Source of the DNA: Phycisphaerae bacterium
GTDB taxonomy: Bacteria; Planctomycetota; Phycisphaerae; UBA1845
DNA length: 64,000 nucleotides
NCBI GenBank assembly: GCA_963666835.2
Contig: CAXXGO010000006.1
Coordinates: forward strand, 1,888,001-1,952,000
Reading direction: 5' to 3'
Part shown: in pieces, positions 9,638 to 19,247 of the stretch
Numbering within the stretch: position 1 is the stretch's first letter
How the letters are laid out: each line of letters opens with the position of its first letter
The notes under the pieces: model-generated
What the model was told of the DNA's origin: nothing
Database searches by the model: none
The model's input: only the letters and a program-made list of their open reading frames with translations
Made by a program: the position numbers and the translations under genes

Positions 9638-11217
9638 GAACGAGTATATTCCGCATCATCGGCCGGCGCACTCTTCGGCGGATAGTCGCCGGACTAGCCG
9701 CAGCGATGGTTGCCGCCGCTGCCCGGGGCGACGTGTCGGAAGCGGAACTCGAAGCGGTTCTGGACCACGTCCGCGGTGCAACCGGATTCGCCCGCCTCGC
9801 GCAGCTAGACGACGGCCTTCTGCTCACGGGGGAGAAACGGCTCTACGGAACCGAAGGCACGTATCGAATGTTGTTCGGACCCGACGGCAGATTCGTAGCG
9901 GAGACCAAAGCACGCCTATCCTCGACTTTCGGCTTCGATGGTCAGGAGGCGTGGTCGGTGGATTGGAGCGGCCTGCCGAGTTCGCTCCAATTGGAGGACT
10001 CGGAAATGGCGTTGGCCCCGGCGTGGGTGTTCACGGGGCAATGGCTTGCCGACCCCGGGCCGTTTGCCATGAAGGTGAACACCGAGAAGACCGACGAGCG
10101 CAGTGTAGCACTCGACATGCGTCTTAGCGACGGAGCGCTTACGTGGCAACTGACCATCGATCGCCGGACCTGGCTACCGGCGAGCCTGTCGGTCGCCTCG
10201 AATGAGGGATCTGATACGTGGAAGTACACGGACTACCGCGATTTCAAAGGCGTCCGGGTTCCCTGCCGAGTAGACCGCGCAGGTGACTCCGGCGAAGCCG
10301 ACACCGTGAGGATCACCGATATTGCGACGCCTGCATCCTCTACCCGCGATCCATACGCGCGACCAACCAAACGACCGCACAACGTCCGTTTTAACGAAAG
10401 TGTCCCCGCCGAACTCGAGGTGAAAGTGACTCCTACAGGGCACATGCTGGTGCATCCGCGTGTTTCCGGTCGGGATGTCGGCTGGTTCATCTTCGATACT
10501 GGGGCAGGTGCTATGGTGATAACGCCAACGGTGGCCGACGCGATCGATATGCCCGCGTTCGGCGAAGTGACCGCCAGTGGCGTTGGCGGCCCGGTACAAA
10601 CCCGCTTCCGGCAAGGCGAGTCCTTTACCCTCGGGCGGGTGACCATCGACCGACCGGTCTACATAGAGCTCGACCTGTCCTTTCTGACGCCCCATTTCGG
10701 CGTCGAGGTTGCGGGGATTTGCGGATACGACCTCCTGGCCCGCGTCGTGGCGGAATTCGACCCGTTCGAGCGGAAGATCGCCCTGCTGGATCCGAAGTCA
10801 TACGTGCTGGCGCAGGCTGACTGGCAGGAGCTGTTCATGAACGAACGGCGCCCTCACGTCCGCGCCCGCTTCGAGGGTGAACGCGAGGGGGTGTTTCTGC
10901 TGGATACGGGTACGGCCAACACAGTCGTTTTCCGCGCTGCCGCGGTGAAACGTCTCGGCCTGCTCGAGAGTCGCCAGACAACGCCGAGCACCCGGGGAGG
11001 AGCCGGAGGCGTGAAAAGCGTGCGTTCCGGGACGATCGAGTGGTTTGAGCTGGCGGGGTATCGTTTTGAGCAGCCGGTTGTAGCATTCGGCTTGCCCGAT
11101 CAAGGAGCCACGTCCGGCTGTCGATCGCTCGGAACGATCGGCTTGGAGTTCCTGGCGCCGTTTGTCGTAGTGCTCAATTACCCCGACAAGAAGATCGGTT
11201 TCGTGAAGCGGTTATAG
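9619..11217 (+). CDS. Exported retropepsin-like aspartyl protease (two Asp-protease domains)
   Basis: Signal peptide; FIFDTGA...GICGYDLL and FLLDTGT...GTIGLEFL. Confidence 0.85.
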   Translation: MHEQTIRTSIFRIIGRRTLRRIVAGLAAAMVAAAARGDVSEAELEAVLDHVRGATGFARLAQLDDGLLLTGEKRLYGTEGTYRMLFGPDGRFVAETKARLSSTFGFDGQEAWSVDWSGLPSSLQLEDSEMALAPAWVFTGQWLADPGPFAMKVNTEKTDERSVALDMRLSDGALTWQLTIDRRTWLPASLSVASNEGSDTWKYTDYRDFKGVRVPCRVDRAGDSGEADTVRITDIATPASSTRDPYARPTKRPHNVRFNESVPAELEVKVTPTGHMLVHPRVSGRDVGWFIFDTGAGAMVITPTVADAIDMPAFGEVTASGVGGPVQTRFRQGESFTLGRVTIDRPVYIELDLSFLTPHFGVEVAGICGYDLLARVVAEFDPFERKIALLDPKSYVLAQADWQELFMNERRPHVRARFEGEREGVFLLDTGTANTVVFRAAAVKRLGLLESRQTTPSTRGGAGGVKSVRSGTIEWFELAGYRFEQPVVAFGLPDQGATSGCRSLGTIGLEFLAPFVVVLNYPDKKIGFVKRL

Positions 11218-11254
11218 CAGGTTGCCTTCGCTCGTTTGACCGCCGGGTTGGGGG

Positions 11255-11357
11255 GGAATCGACACTCAAGTAGGGCGTGGTCGAGGCACCAGCCCTGTCA
11301 CCAGGGCGTACGCCACACGGGTGCCGCGGCAGGTCTCGTGCCTCGACCGTGCCCTAC
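11255..11357. repeat. Inverted pair of REP-like family A hairpins between convergent genes
   Basis: Degenerate + copy at 11270-11299 and - copy at 11328-11357. Confidence 0.85.
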
Positions 11358-11378
11358 GGTCTATGATCGCTAGAACGT

Positions 11379-12971
11379 CTACGGTTGTTCGGTGGGCTTG
11401 GGCCGAGGTTCCAGGGTCGGTTCGGTGGGGGCGTTGGGGCTCGGTTCGGTCAGAGTGCCGATCAGAACGTCCGTGGGAGTGAGCCCCGGTACCAACTCGG
11501 GCACGGGCCGGGCGGGCTCGGCCAGCGGTAGCTCGCGAGTCAGGGCGAAGCGATAGAACTTGACCGCGTGTTCCTGAGCCAGCGTACCGGCCGTGCAGCC
11601 GGCGGCGGCTAAGATGAGGTCGGTCAGACTCGTAATCCGCACGGGGATATACGCCTGGACTACTTCAAGGACGGTCGCGATCACGACTCCGATGCTCGCG
11701 AGCGTAGCGGTGCGCTCAAACGTCGTCTTTCCGTGGAGCCGACTCCAGCAGGTGGCCAGCAGACCGGCGAAAAGGGCGTAGACGGCGAACTTCTCCATGA
11801 CGTCGTCTATCATCAAGTCGAATCTGGTGACGAAATACCCGAAGAAAGGCAGGAATGCCTGGGCTTGAATCGCGCCGGTCAGGCCGCCGGTGTCGGCGGC
11901 GAATGTCAAAGGAATGACACCCGTATAGCAGATGTACCCGAAAGTGAGAGCGCAGCCGACCGGCACAACGCGGTGCCATCGATCGGTTCCGGCGCCGCGG
12001 GCGCGGATGCTGCGGGGACTATCGTACGACGCGCGGGCGACCAAGCCGACAATCATGCCCAGCCAGCGGAACAGAATGTCGGTCACGTCGGCGGCGCGGG
12101 TAACGAGCGGAATCTGGATTACGCTAAGGACGATGGCCAGGCCCCCGCACAACCAGAGGGTCATGGCGAGGGTCCCGCTCCGGTTGAAGCGATAGTATCC
12201 ACGCAAAACCGGCTGCATTAACCAGACCAGAATGGCGAATGAAGCCGCCTCGGCTACCCAACGCGACCACTGCTTCAAGTTACGCCAACGAAAAAGGGCA
12301 TAAGCGTGGTTGTTGCCGACCTTGTGGGCGGTATCGGCGGCCGCCTCTAAGGCGGAGATATTACCGAACGGGACCACCGTCGTGGCCTTGACCGACTGTT
12401 TCAGCAGCCCGGCGTCGAACGAGAACGAAAAGGGCACGGCGGCCGCGAAGACGAGTAACCCGCAGAAGGTCTTGAGCAAGGCTACATGAGGACGCTCGTG
12501 GAACTCGCAAAGCGCCGCCCCGACCAGACGCGGAACGATAAACTGGGCCAGGGATGACAGGAGAATACCCAGCCCCGCCCCGAGGATGTTGCTGAACAGA
12601 TCGATAAGAGACGACACCCGCGACGGCGAGTACATCTGAAGCCACTCGATGCCGATGCTGAGCGCGGCGGAGGCGGCGAGGGTCAAAAGCGCCGCGCGGC
12701 CGCGGCGACGCATAGCGCGGTAGAGGCTCCAGTAGAGGAAGATCCCGATCGGCATATACATGAAGATATTGCTGAGGATATCGGGAAACGTATAGCGAGA
12801 AGTGGCGGTTCCGAAGAACTCCTGCTGAGGCGCCCCCGGGCGGATCTGGAAGAAGTCGAACGGAACCAGGCCCGTCTGGAGCACGAAAAGCACGGCGCAA
12901 CCGAGGAGCAGTTCGACGTAATGACGCAAGAGGAACTTGCCGGCGGGATGACGTAGCAGCGGCACGCTCAT
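11379..12971 (-). CDS. VanZ-family multi-pass membrane protein (two VanZ-like domains)
   Basis: DILSNIFMYMPIG...IEWLQMYSPSRVSSLIDLFSN and LEVVQAYIPVRITSLTDL. Confidence 0.85.
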   Translation of the reverse strand: MSVPLLRHPAGKFLLRHYVELLLGCAVLFVLQTGLVPFDFFQIRPGAPQQEFFGTATSRYTFPDILSNIFMYMPIGIFLYWSLYRAMRRRGRAALLTLAASAALSIGIEWLQMYSPSRVSSLIDLFSNILGAGLGILLSSLAQFIVPRLVGAALCEFHERPHVALLKTFCGLLVFAAAVPFSFSFDAGLLKQSVKATTVVPFGNISALEAAADTAHKVGNNHAYALFRWRNLKQWSRWVAEAASFAILVWLMQPVLRGYYRFNRSGTLAMTLWLCGGLAIVLSVIQIPLVTRAADVTDILFRWLGMIVGLVARASYDSPRSIRARGAGTDRWHRVVPVGCALTFGYICYTGVIPLTFAADTGGLTGAIQAQAFLPFFGYFVTRFDLMIDDVMEKFAVYALFAGLLATCWSRLHGKTTFERTATLASIGVVIATVLEVVQAYIPVRITSLTDLILAAAGCTAGTLAQEHAVKFYRFALTRELPLAEPARPVPELVPGLTPTDVLIGTLTEPSPNAPTEPTLEPRPKPTEQP

Positions 12972-13030
12972 CGATCACCGTTCAACAGCAACCAGGTTCT
13001 ACGCTCTCGGGCGTTGGGAGCGTGAGGGGA

Positions 13031-13807
13031 CTACCAGCCGGACCGGTGTTTCCGGGGCGGCCACTCGACCGGGCGGATCGGTCCCAAGGGAGTCCAGCCG
13101 TCCGGGGACTCCACACCGGCCGGTTCATCGCGGGCGATCAGCTCGCGAACGCACTGGTAAACGTGGCTTTCGAATTCCGCGCGAACCAGCGCCCGCGAGT
13201 CACTTTTCCAGAGATCAACCGGTTCACCCTTGCCGTCATCCTCGGGAGGAGGAATCGAGACCGCGTGGGCGTGTACGACGGCCAGGGGCTTACCCGCCTG
13301 CACATCGAGCAGGGCGCCGAACATCTCAGTTTCGTCTTCGGCCAGTTCGTTAACGGCGTAGATGAACCCGAGGCGGGCGTGCAAAGCGTCGAGGGCCGCG
13401 ATAACCAGCGGGGGGTCGGCTTCGGCCCCGCCGAGGTCGCGTTGGTCTACGGGAAATACCTCGCTAATCGCCATTTGATCGTCGAAGGCCGAGTTCCACC
13501 GGAGAAACTCGTTGCGGGGGTCGCGCAGGATCTGGCGGAACCGATTCGTGACTCCGTCGGTAGTGTCGTTCTCCTGCCGAATGGCCACCCGGGTGACACC
13601 GACGGATGCCGGGAACAACCCCTGCGTCGGGCTCGGATCGAGGATCCGATATCCGCTGTACGTGGGGGCTACGGCCGGGGGCAGCAGATCCGCCCAGTGG
13701 ACCTGCGGCGGCTGGACCCAAACCTCGACCTCCGGCTCTTTCGATGAACAGCCGGTCACGGACGCGACTGTTAAGACGCCGAGGACTGATACTCGAGCGC
13801 ACTTCAT
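13031..13807 (-). CDS. Hypothetical lipoprotein
   Basis: Start chosen at MKCARVSVLGVLTVASVTG-C (lipobox-like) within the 288-aa ORF. Confidence 0.65.
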   Translation of the reverse strand: MKCARVSVLGVLTVASVTGCSSKEPEVEVWVQPPQVHWADLLPPAVAPTYSGYRILDPSPTQGLFPASVGVTRVAIRQENDTTDGVTNRFRQILRDPRNEFLRWNSAFDDQMAISEVFPVDQRDLGGAEADPPLVIAALDALHARLGFIYAVNELAEDETEMFGALLDVQAGKPLAVVHAHAVSIPPPEDDGKGEPVDLWKSDSRALVRAEFESHVYQCVRELIARDEPAGVESPDGWTPLGPIRPVEWPPRKHRSGW

Positions 13808-14105
13808 TGCGATGTCTATTGATGATCTCATTATCAGTGGCATCCGCGCGGGCAGGATCGCCGCGACGATCCAAAGCCCCGTCATGATTCCACACACTCC
13901 ACGGAATTGGATATCGGGTCTTGCACCGGCCTACTGGTCCAAAAAAAGCGCCGACTCAATGTGTTTGATGCGGACCGCCGGGCCTGTGATAAGTTATCGG
14001 TCGTTGGTCGGCGGGAATTCACTCGACCGGCCGGATCCGTCCCAATAACTCACTTCGCGCGCGGCGGTTACCGATGGAGGAAACGGACCTTAGGAGAGGT
14101 TTGTC

Positions 14106-15599
14106 ATGAGTGCGGATAGCGTGGCAACCGCCGGCAGAAGGACGGTCGCGGCCGGTACGTTAGAGAAGCTGAGCGAGGCGAGCCGGACTGTGGGTGGTCC
14201 GGCCCTGAGATCCTCGTGGGAGCGCGTGGTTCACGTCATCGGACAGGCGTTGCTCAGCCTCCCCGCCTCGACCTGGCTTCTTCTTGATATCTCGATCCTG
14301 GCGACCGGAATCTACCTCGGTTACAGGCTGTTTCCCCCGCCGCAGATGCTGGCGACTCCGCACATCGTCCTTTGGCAAGCGGCCGCGGTGTTTGCATTCG
14401 TTGTTACGATGGCGAGCCTGGTTTTCGGGCTCTACGATCGCGACACCTTGATGAGCAGGTCGCGGATCCTCACGCGGATGTTGCTGACTTCGGGGACCGC
14501 GACGGTAGCAGCTTACGCGATCATCTATGTCATCATGTACGCCACGATCAGTCGGCGCGTGGCGGGCGTGGCGATCGGTGTGTTTCTGTTCAGTGGTGTC
14601 GGTATCCGCCTGTGTGCCTGCTGGGCGATCCACAAGGTTCATCGCGGCCTGCTGGTAGTCGGTGGGTCCGCCTTGTTCGAGTCGTTTGAGCGAGCTCAGG
14701 AGATCAACCTGCTTCCCGAATACCGCTTGGTTGGATATGTGACCCCCGACAGAAGATCCGACGAAACCGGCGGGGCGGCGTATCTCGGTACGCTCGGCGA
14801 CCAGCTTCCGCGGCTTGGGCAACTTCGGGTCACGGACATCGTGGTCGGGGCGGAAGCGGCGGGTGATCCGTGGGTAATGGACTGGGTGGTGCCCTGCCTG
14901 CAGCGCGGCTGCCGGGTTACGAATGAGGCGATATTCTACGAGAAGGCCACCGGGCAGATTCTCGTGGACGAAATCACTCCGTTGTGGTTCCTGTTCGCCG
15001 ACCTGAAAGCCCACTGCGACGAACACGCGACCCTAAAACGCGTATTCGATCTGATCGCCGCGCTGGTCGGGATCTGCCTGTCGACGCCGTTGTTACCGTT
15101 GATTGCTCTGGCGATCAAACTAGACAGCCGGGGCAAGGTCTTCTACTCGCATCAGCGCGTGGGGCAGAACGGCAAGGCGTTCAAGCTATATAAGTTCCGC
15201 ACGATGCATCCGAATGCGGAAAACGGCAAGAGCGTGTGGTCAGTGCCGAACGACCCAAGAGTGACACGGGTCGGGCGGTTTCTACGCCGGTGCCGGCTGG
15301 ATGAGTTGCCGCAATTCTACAACGTGTTGATTGGGAACATGTCTATCATAGGTCCGCGTCCCGAGCGGCCGGACATCGTTCGCAAGCTATCCAAAGAGCT
15401 TCCGTATTATGCCGAGCGTCATCTGGTCAAGCCGGGTATAACCGGATGGGCTCAAATTAGTTTCCGGTACGGTTCCTCGATCGAGGACGCCAAACGGAAA
15501 CTGCAGTTCGACCTGTACTACCTCAAACACATGTGCTTCGAGCTCGATCTGGTGATCCTGTTCAGAACGGTCGGGACCTTCCTACGCGGAGCGTGCTGA
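14106..15599 (+). CDS. Polyprenyl glycosylphosphotransferase (WcaJ/WbaP-like initiating sugar transferase)
   Basis: KRVFD, FKLYKFRTM, DPRVTRVGRFLR, LDELPQ, MSIIGPRPE, VKPGITGWAQ, DLYY. Confidence 0.93.
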   Translation: MSADSVATAGRRTVAAGTLEKLSEASRTVGGPALRSSWERVVHVIGQALLSLPASTWLLLDISILATGIYLGYRLFPPPQMLATPHIVLWQAAAVFAFVVTMASLVFGLYDRDTLMSRSRILTRMLLTSGTATVAAYAIIYVIMYATISRRVAGVAIGVFLFSGVGIRLCACWAIHKVHRGLLVVGGSALFESFERAQEINLLPEYRLVGYVTPDRRSDETGGAAYLGTLGDQLPRLGQLRVTDIVVGAEAAGDPWVMDWVVPCLQRGCRVTNEAIFYEKATGQILVDEITPLWFLFADLKAHCDEHATLKRVFDLIAALVGICLSTPLLPLIALAIKLDSRGKVFYSHQRVGQNGKAFKLYKFRTMHPNAENGKSVWSVPNDPRVTRVGRFLRRCRLDELPQFYNVLIGNMSIIGPRPERPDIVRKLSKELPYYAERHLVKPGITGWAQISFRYGSSIEDAKRKLQFDLYYLKHMCFELDLVILFRTVGTFLRGAC

Positions 15600-15690
15600 T
15601 CCGCCCTCCACGGAACCGAGCCCCAACGCCCCTCCCGTCCCGAAGGGCCGGCGGACGGTTACCGGCATCGCGTGAGGACGGCAGCGACCC

Positions 15691-15735
15691 GTAGGGCATG
15701 GTCGAGGTACGAGACCTGCCTCGACCGTGCCCTAC
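15691..15735. repeat. REP-like family A copy fused to a half inverted copy
   Basis: GTAGGGCATGGTCGAGGTACGAGACCTGCC followed directly by TCGACCGTGCCCTAC. Confidence 0.85.
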
Positions 15736-15782
15736 GGGTTTGCGAGCCCGGTCGCCGTGCGATACGTTCTCAATGGAATTCC

Positions 15783-15811
15783 TTGACTTCTTGCCTTCGT
15801 TCCAATAACAT
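15783..15811 (+). promoter_or_regulatory. Sigma70-like promoter
   Basis: TTGACT-17 nt-TAACAT, about 265 nt upstream of the 16078 start. Confidence 0.55.
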
Positions 15812-16077
15812 GAGTCATGTGGAATACGGGGTACCACTCATGCTCGGAATCCGTCCTGCTGAACACCGGAGAGACGACGCGCGCAGGCCGTGCCGGTCAT
15901 CGAAGGTCCTCCCCCCTACCAAGGGGAACCGGGGGGTGTATTCCGACGGAGAAGAGCCTCTCGGGAACCCTTCTCGGCGCGCCGGGATCTTCGGCATTGG
16001 CGAAGGAGGGGAGGACGTGACGCGACTACCCCTTAGGAAACGGCATTGAATCCAGAGTAGAGCAAGGAGCGAGTCCC

Positions 16078-17196
16078 ATGCGTAACAGTCCGATCATGTC
16101 GGTTATGTTGGTGTTGTTGTGTGCCGGCACCGGTTTCGCTCAGCTCAATTTTTCGCGGTTCCCGGAGTGCATGGGTGGTCCGGGCGGAGACCTGGGGCCG
16201 GGCTGCGCCCTGTTCCAAATGGACGGCGACGCAGATGTCGATCTCGCCGACTTTGCCCGGTTCCAATTGGTTTATGACGCTCCCCCGGTCGGCATGGCGC
16301 TAATCCCGGCCGGGGAGTTCGAAATGGGTGCCATCTTTGAAGAAGCAAGACCCGAGGAGCTGCCGGTCCACTCGGTGTATGTGAGCGCCTTCTACATGGA
16401 CCGGTGTAAGGTGACCAACCGGCAATACGCCGACGCCCTGAACTGGGCCAATGATCAAGGCGACCTCATTACTGTCATCGGTCACAGAGTGTTCAGGGCC
16501 AACAGCGGGACCGACTACCCTTACTGTTCCGCGCTATCCGGCGCCGACCACTTCCAGATCACATGGGACGGAGACGCGTTCGGCGTAGTTCCCGGTAGAG
16601 AGGATCACCCCATGGTAAAAGCAACTTGGTACGGTGCCGTGGCGTACGCGAATTGGCGCAGCGGGATGGAGGGCAAGCCCCTGGCTTACGATCTATCGAC
16701 GTGGGAATGCAGTTTCGGCAGTGGCTACCGATTACCGACCGAGGCGGAATGGGAGAAGGCTGCCCGAGGCGGCGAAGAAGAGCAGCGTTTTCCATGGGGC
16801 GACCTGATCAATCACACTCACGCCAACTATGTGGCGTGCGGGGATTGGTACCCCTACGACGACAGCGGCCTAGGTTCGCCCACTTTTCATCCTGAGTTCG
16901 ATATGGTGGCATTTGCCTACACCAATCCGGTGGATTACTTTCCGGCGAACGGCTACGGCCTGCGCGACATGGCCGGGAATGCCTATGATTGGTGCAATGA
17001 CTGGTACAACGCCTCATATTACGAGGCTTCCCCTTACGTTAACCCGCACGGCCCAGCAAATGGACAGGATCGAGTTCTTCGCGGCGGTAGCTGGAACAAT
17101 TTTGCGCCGGCGTGCCGGTCGGCCTGCCGCTACGCCACTTTGCCTGTTTATCTGAATGAGCGGTTCGGATTCCGCTTGGTGTTGGACTCACATTAG
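16078..17196 (+). CDS. Exported FGE-sulfatase (SUMF1-like) domain protein with N-terminal dockerin/EF-hand-like motif
   Basis: Signal peptide; DGDADVDLADFARFQ; IPAGEFEMG, RLPTEAEWEKAARGG, NGYGLRDMAGN, RVLRGGSW, FGFR; AAGGAG SD. Confidence 0.9.
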   Translation: MRNSPIMSVMLVLLCAGTGFAQLNFSRFPECMGGPGGDLGPGCALFQMDGDADVDLADFARFQLVYDAPPVGMALIPAGEFEMGAIFEEARPEELPVHSVYVSAFYMDRCKVTNRQYADALNWANDQGDLITVIGHRVFRANSGTDYPYCSALSGADHFQITWDGDAFGVVPGREDHPMVKATWYGAVAYANWRSGMEGKPLAYDLSTWECSFGSGYRLPTEAEWEKAARGGEEEQRFPWGDLINHTHANYVACGDWYPYDDSGLGSPTFHPEFDMVAFAYTNPVDYFPANGYGLRDMAGNAYDWCNDWYNASYYEASPYVNPHGPANGQDRVLRGGSWNNFAPACRSACRYATLPVYLNERFGFRLVLDSH

Positions 17197-17289
17197 CTCT
17201 TGACCATTTGTTCCTCGGTTGCCGTGGAGCCCCGGGCGCATGCCGCGACCTTGGTCTCTTACGCCCTCTCTCGTTTCTTGCCGGGTGCC

Positions 17290-17520
17290 GGGTGCCATGG
17301 TCCACGCTTGCGTGGCCATGAAGACCTCTGCGCAACGTGCGCAGAGCCGTAGGGCATGGTCGAGGAACGAGACCTGCCGCGATCGCTTCGCAACGCGCGC
17401 CTTGGTGGGCGGGTGCCATGGTCCACGCTTGCGTGGCCATGCAGACCTCTGCGCGACGTGCGCAGAGCCGTAGGGCATGGTCGAGGTACGAGACCTGCCG
17501 CGATCACTGCGCGACGCGCC
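17290..17520 (+). repeat. Two tandem 121-bp palindromic units, each with a REP-like family A copy
   Basis: GGGTGCCATGGTCCACGCTTGCGTGGCCATG at 17290 and 17411; GTAGGGCATGG at 17349 and 17470. Confidence 0.9.
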
Positions 17521-19239
17521 TTGGTGGCAGGTCTCGTGCCTCGACCGTGCCCTACAAGATCGAACGCACGCCGAAGGCGTCCAACAGCAAAGCCCAGGGT
17601 AAACGAAGCGGCGTAGCCGCGAAGTGCCACCCTGGGTCACGGGGCTCCCTCCTGTCCCAACCCCGAAGCGGGTTGAACAACAGCGTTCGGCCGGCGTAGC
17701 AAACTGGTCCGCGGAGCGGACCCTACCGGACCTGACACACACGCGGCACTCGCATGGACAAGGGAAGATCATCGGCTTCCCCACCTCTAAAGAGATGGGC
17801 CACCCGGCCGTGATCGGTGCATGCCGCGCGCCTTGGTGGCAGGTCTCGTGCCTCGACCGTGCCCTACAAGATCGGACGCACGCCGAAGGCGTCCAACAGC
17901 AAAGCCCAGGGTAAACGAAGCGGCGTAGCCGCGAAGTGCCACCCTGGGTCACGGGGCTCCCTCCTGTCCCAACCCCGAAGCGGGTTGAACAACAGCGTTC
18001 GGCCGGCGTAGCAAACTGGTCCGCGGAGCGGACCCTACCGGATCTGACACACACGCGGCACTCGCATGGACAAGGGAAGATCATCGGCTTCCCCACCTCT
18101 AAAGAGATGGGCCACCCGGCCGTGATCGCTGCATGCCGCGTGCCTTGGTGGCAGGTCTCGTTCCTCGACCGTGCCCTACAAGATCGGACGCACGCCGAAG
18201 GCGTCCAACAGCAAAGCCCAGGGTAAACGAAGCGGCGTAGCCGCGAAGTGCCACCCTGGGTCACGGGGCTCCCTCCTGTCCCAACCCCGAAGCGGGTTGA
18301 ACAACAGCGTTCGGCCGGCGTAGCAAACTGGTCCGCGGAGCGGATCCTACCGGATTTGACACACACGCGGCACTCGCATGGACAAGGGAAGATCATCGGC
18401 TTTCCCACCTCTAAAGAGATGGGCCACCCGGCCGTGATCGGTGCATGCCGCGCGCCTTGGTGGCAGGTCTCGTGCCTCGACCGTGCCCTACAAGATCGGA
18501 CGCACGCCGAAGGCGTCCAACAGCAAAGCCCAGGGTAAACGAAGCGGCGTAGCCGTGAAGTGCCACCCTGGGTCACGGGGCTCCCTCCTGTCCCAACCCC
18601 GAAGCGGGTTGAACAACAGCGTTCGGCCGGCGTAGCAAACTGGTCCGCGGAGCGGACCCTACCGGACCTGACACACACGCGGCACTCGCATGGACAAGGG
18701 AAGATCATCGGCTTCCCCACCTCTAAAGAGATGGGCCACCCGGCCGTGATCGCTGCATGCCGCGTGCCTTGGTGGCAGGTCTCGTTCCTCGACCGTGCCC
18801 TACAAGATCGGACGCACGCCGAAGGCGTCCAACAGCAAAGCCCAGGGTAAACGAAGCGGCGTAGCCGCGAAGTGCCACCCTGGGTCACGGGGCTCCCTCC
18901 TGTCCCAACCCCGAAGCGGGTTGAACAACAGCGTTCGGCCGGCGTAGCAAACTGGTCCGCGGAGCGGACCATACCGGACCTGACACACACGCGGCACTCG
19001 CATGGACAAGGGAAGATCATCGGCTTTCCCACCTCTAAAGAGATGGGCCACCCGGCCGTGATTGCTGCATGCCGCGCGCCTTGGTGGCAGGTCTCGTTCC
19101 TCGACCGTGCCCTACAAGATCGAACGCACGCCGAAGGCGTCCAACAGCAAAGCCCAGGGTAAACGAAGCGGCGTAGCCGCGAAGCAGACTGGTCCGCGGA
19201 GCGGACCATACCGGCTCTAAAGAGGTGGGGCACCCGGCC
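17521..19239. repeat. Tandem array of a 312-bp mosaic palindromic unit (BIME-like): 5 full copies plus 1 internally deleted copy
   Basis: TTGGTGGCAGGTCTCG at 17521, 17833, 18145, 18457, 18769 and 19081; near-identical 96-aa ORFs in the track recur every 312 bp. Confidence 0.97.
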
Positions 19240-19247
19240 CGTGCATC

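Noticed and set aside
17060..17196. DGR variable region in the 16078 FGE protein
   Set aside because: Codons are not AAY-derived in pattern, and no template repeat or reverse transcriptase is visible
17624..19162. Five 96-aa plus-strand ORFs as real genes
   Set aside because: Translations of palindromic repeat units with GTG starts, no SD and no recognisable domain
17521..19239. CRISPR array
   Set aside because: Whole 312-bp units are repeated with no unique spacers, and there are no cas genes in the window
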